Shown here in pieces: positions 61,018 through 64,000 of a DNA stretch of 64,000 nucleotides. Position 1 is the first letter of the stretch; each line of letters begins with the position of its first letter. The DNA is from Eledone cirrhosa (taxonomy: Eukaryota), in NCBI GenBank assembly GCA_964016885.1, contig OZ024758.1, positions 2,356,001 to 2,420,000 on the forward strand. Direction: 5' to 3'. The notes below the pieces were generated by a model, which made no database searches, was not told where the DNA came from, and worked only from the letters and a program-made list of their open reading frames with translations. Made by a program: the position numbers and the translations under genes.

Positions 61018-61114
61018 TAATTGTTTCTACTTTCGGCACAAGGCCAACAATTACCCAGTGCATTACTGGTACTTTATTTTATCGAACACGTAAGGATGAA
61101 AGGCAAAGTCAACC
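61018..61114 (-). mobile_element. SINE family A, 3' half
   Basis: Homologous to family A. Confidence 0.85.
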
Positions 61115-61124
61115 TTTCATCAAC

Positions 61125-61390
61125 AATAAAAAGGACGATATATTATGTCTTCATTAGGTATATTCAAAAGTAACGCGCGTTTCGCTATTGATCAACTCAA
61201 GGATCGATCTGTATCGATCTGGTCCGACTTTGGAATCAAAAGCTCCTCATTACCACACCAGAGGGCCGACGAGCTTTTGATTCCAGAGGCGGGCAAGATC
61301 GATACAGATCGAACCGTGAGCTGATCAATAGCGAAACATGCGTCACCAATCAATAAACGCAATGAAGACATAACAAATCATCCTTTTATT
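61125..61390. mobile_element. Family G: head-to-head inverted pair, each arm a degenerate hammerhead
   Basis: Plus arm CCGACGA-GCUuUUGAU...AUCAAuAGC-GAAA-CAUGCG-UC^-ACCA (61266-61348); minus arm UGGU-aAUGAGGA-GC...GC-GAAA-CGCGCG-UU. Confidence 0.7.
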
Positions 61391-61547
61391 ATTATTATAT
61401 AATATTTACACTCTGTCTAGCTCTACACCTCGTCACTGAATCTAGGCATCGAGTGCTCACCTACAGGACACTAAGAAGCGTTGTTAGGTAGGATACACCC
61501 CTCTTTAGGGATTAATTCTGTCCTGCATAATAAAAAAAACCTGAATT

Positions 61548-61588
<41 letters not shown>

Positions 61589-61789
61589 ACATTCTGGTTA
61601 AGCAGAGTTAATTTTATCTTTCATTCTCCTGAATTCGATGAACTAAAATACTGTCAAAATATTTGGAATTTAACTAATCGAATACAATTCTCGGTACAAA
61701 ACTCGTTTTTATTTATTTATTTATATAATAAATTTATATAGTACAGAGAGGAGGAAGAAGAGAAAGAGGCAAACAGAGAAAAATAGAAA

Positions 61790-62192
61790 GAGGAAGATAG
61801 AGAAATGAAGAGGGAGATGGAGAGATAAAGAGGAATATAGAGAGATAAAGAGGGAGATGGAGAGATAAAGAGGAATATAGAGAGATAAAGAGGAAGATAG
61901 AGAGATAAAGAGGAAGATAGAGCGATGAAGAGGGAGATGGAGAGATGAAGAGGGAGATGGAGAGATAAAGAGGGAGATGGAGAGATATAGAGGGAGATAG
62001 GGAGATAAAGAGGGAGATGGAGAGATAAAGAGGAAGATAGAGAGATAAAGAGGGATACATAGAGATAAAGAGGGAGATGGAGAGATAAAGAGGGAGATGA
62101 AGAGATAAAGAGGAAGATCGAGAGATAAAGAGGGATATAGAGAGATAAAGAGGGAGATGGAGAGATAAAGAGGAAGATAGAGAGATAAAGAG
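61790..62192. repeat. 20 bp purine minisatellite agagataaagagggagatgg
   Basis: Seen directly. Confidence 0.95.
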
Positions 62193-62404
62193 CAATATAT
62201 AACACTGCTTGTTTGTAAATAATTAGATTCCAAGTCATAGAATCAACAATCGTGATTCTGCATCAGTTTATTTTGACTAATAAATCTTTTGAGGTGAGCA
62301 AGGAACAGTTGAAATCTTAGCTTCCATTGATTCACTATCATTCTTTGTTTCGTGACTCTCATTGTCTCTAATTCAGTGGTTTGGTGTTATATATCAGATA
62401 TTTA

Positions 62405-63016
62405 GTCTTCTTCGCCCACTTATTCCTGAGAGAGTCGTGGGGGCAGCAGAATCCTCAAACACTTCTTCCAGTGGATCCTGTCAGAAGCAACCATTTCCAA
62501 CTGATCCGGTTGGATCTCCAAACAAGACCAGCCAAGCTCATGGATGTTATTCAACCATCTTGCTCGGTGTCTACTCATGTGTCTCTTGCCGCTTGGTTTT
62601 GCCTATAATCTCTTTCCTGAGACATTCTAACCACATGTCCATAGCATCGAAGTTGTGATCTCTCAATTCGGAGAAGTAACAGCTCTACCGTGAGTGCATC
62701 TCTGATCTCTGAGCTACAAACATCTCCAGCAATTCTTTCCTGAGACATTCTAACCACATGCCCACCATTGTATCAGAGTTGTGATCTCTCAATTCGGGGA
62801 AGTAGCGGCTCTACCCGGAGTGACTCACTGATCTCCGAGCTACAAATCTGTCAAGTAATTCTTCCCTGAGAGATTCTAACCACATATCCATAGTATCAGA
62901 GCTGTGATCTCTCAATTCAGTGAAGTAGCGGCTCTACCCGGAGTGACTCACTGATCTCTGAACTACGCACTTTATCTAGAAACGTAACTTCAAAGACTCT
63001 TCGGAGAAATCCCATT
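62405..63016 (-). mobile_element. RTE LINE 3' remnant (R1) with a triplicated ~125 bp segment
   Basis: MGFLRRVFEVTFLDKVRSSEISESLRVEPLL..IERSQL; the LLLRIERSQLRCYGHVVRMSQER segment occurs three times. Confidence 0.85.
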
Positions 63017-63420
63017 GTAGATCGCGAATACAAACCATTTCTGATAAATCTAAATATGCAGTCTATTTTTGTCAATAATTTGCCTCCTGCCGACAGTGCT
63101 GAGATCTAAATAAAATCGAGTTGGATGAAAGCCTGTCACATCTCCCACACTCAGTGGGACCTGCTCTTCGAAAGTGTTAATGGAGGAGTCTCTACCAGGT
63201 CAAAATAACAGCCAAATGATCCTCAAATCACATCATGCGGCTTTAAAACAGTAAAGATGCGCAAATGAGATGCTAGATATTATATTATGACTGAATCACA
63301 GACACGATGGTCATGGTGAGAATGCTATGGATGATTAGAATAATGAGATGCTAGAGCAGAGTATAAGTTTTCCTCTTGTGACGCTAAACTCCGCCAGCTG
63401 CAGACTGCGCATTAAATCAT

Positions 63421-63468
63421 CAGGAAGCCCCTGATGATTTCTCACGAATGAAACAGTTCTAGTCCTGT
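63421..63468 (+). ncRNA. Hammerhead-like motif (family I)
   Basis: CAGGA...CUGAUGA-UUUC ucac GAAU-GAAA-CAG-UU-...UCCUG; gaaacagttctag.cctgtagaa also near 9524 and 53674. Confidence 0.4.
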
Positions 63469-63484
63469 AGAAGCTTTTCTATAT

Positions 63485-63562
<78 letters not shown>

Positions 63563-63781
63563 AGATAGACAATGGTTTTTTTTCCTTTCGAAACCTTATA
63601 AAGGGACATAACTAACATATCCCAGGTAACAATGTCTGGTGATTTCTAACTTTTTATTTATTCTATTTATTTATTTATTTGGCTCTAATCTGTTGCTATC
63701 AATGGACTCTTCCATAACATCTAGCATGTGTAACAAGAATGGACCGACCTAAATTCTCTATTACGAGTAAAGTACTTAGGA

Positions 63782-63813
<32 letters not shown>

Positions 63814-63832
63814 TTATATATATATGTATATA

Positions 63833-63877
<45 letters not shown>

Positions 63878-63914
63878 GTACGTATGTATATATGTATATA
63901 TATATATATATTAT

Positions 63915-63991
<77 letters not shown>

Positions 63992-64000
63992 GTACGTAGG

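Overview
Very AT-rich eukaryotic DNA dominated by repeats, with a 200-N scaffold gap at 4286-4485. The SINE and LINE repertoire resembles octopod cephalopod genomes; this is an inference, not a database match. No intact protein-coding gene can be supported, and almost all ORFs in the track are translations of (TA)n, (CA)n or (GA)n microsatellites. The window holds about 12 copies of one tRNA-derived SINE, one CORE-type SINE, two families of RTE-clade LINE 3' remnants, several MITEs (Tigger-like, mariner-like, hAT-like) and many minisatellites (14, 20, 23, 40, 44, 45, 47, 52 and 65 bp units). The main signal is a dense set of short elements embedded in (TA)n that carry type I hammerhead ribozyme motifs (CUGANGA...GAAA...NUH), as known for Penelope-like element pLTRs and retrozymes. 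About 9-10 distinct families are present. Complete cores occur at 22774-22830, at 15627-15671 with its mirror copy in a perfect 504-bp palindrome, and at 58368-58410. One tandem pair has predicted cleavage sites 277 nt apart. In one seven-copy family, every copy is truncated or folded back at hammerhead helix II. All structures were read by eye; none has been folded computationally or tested.
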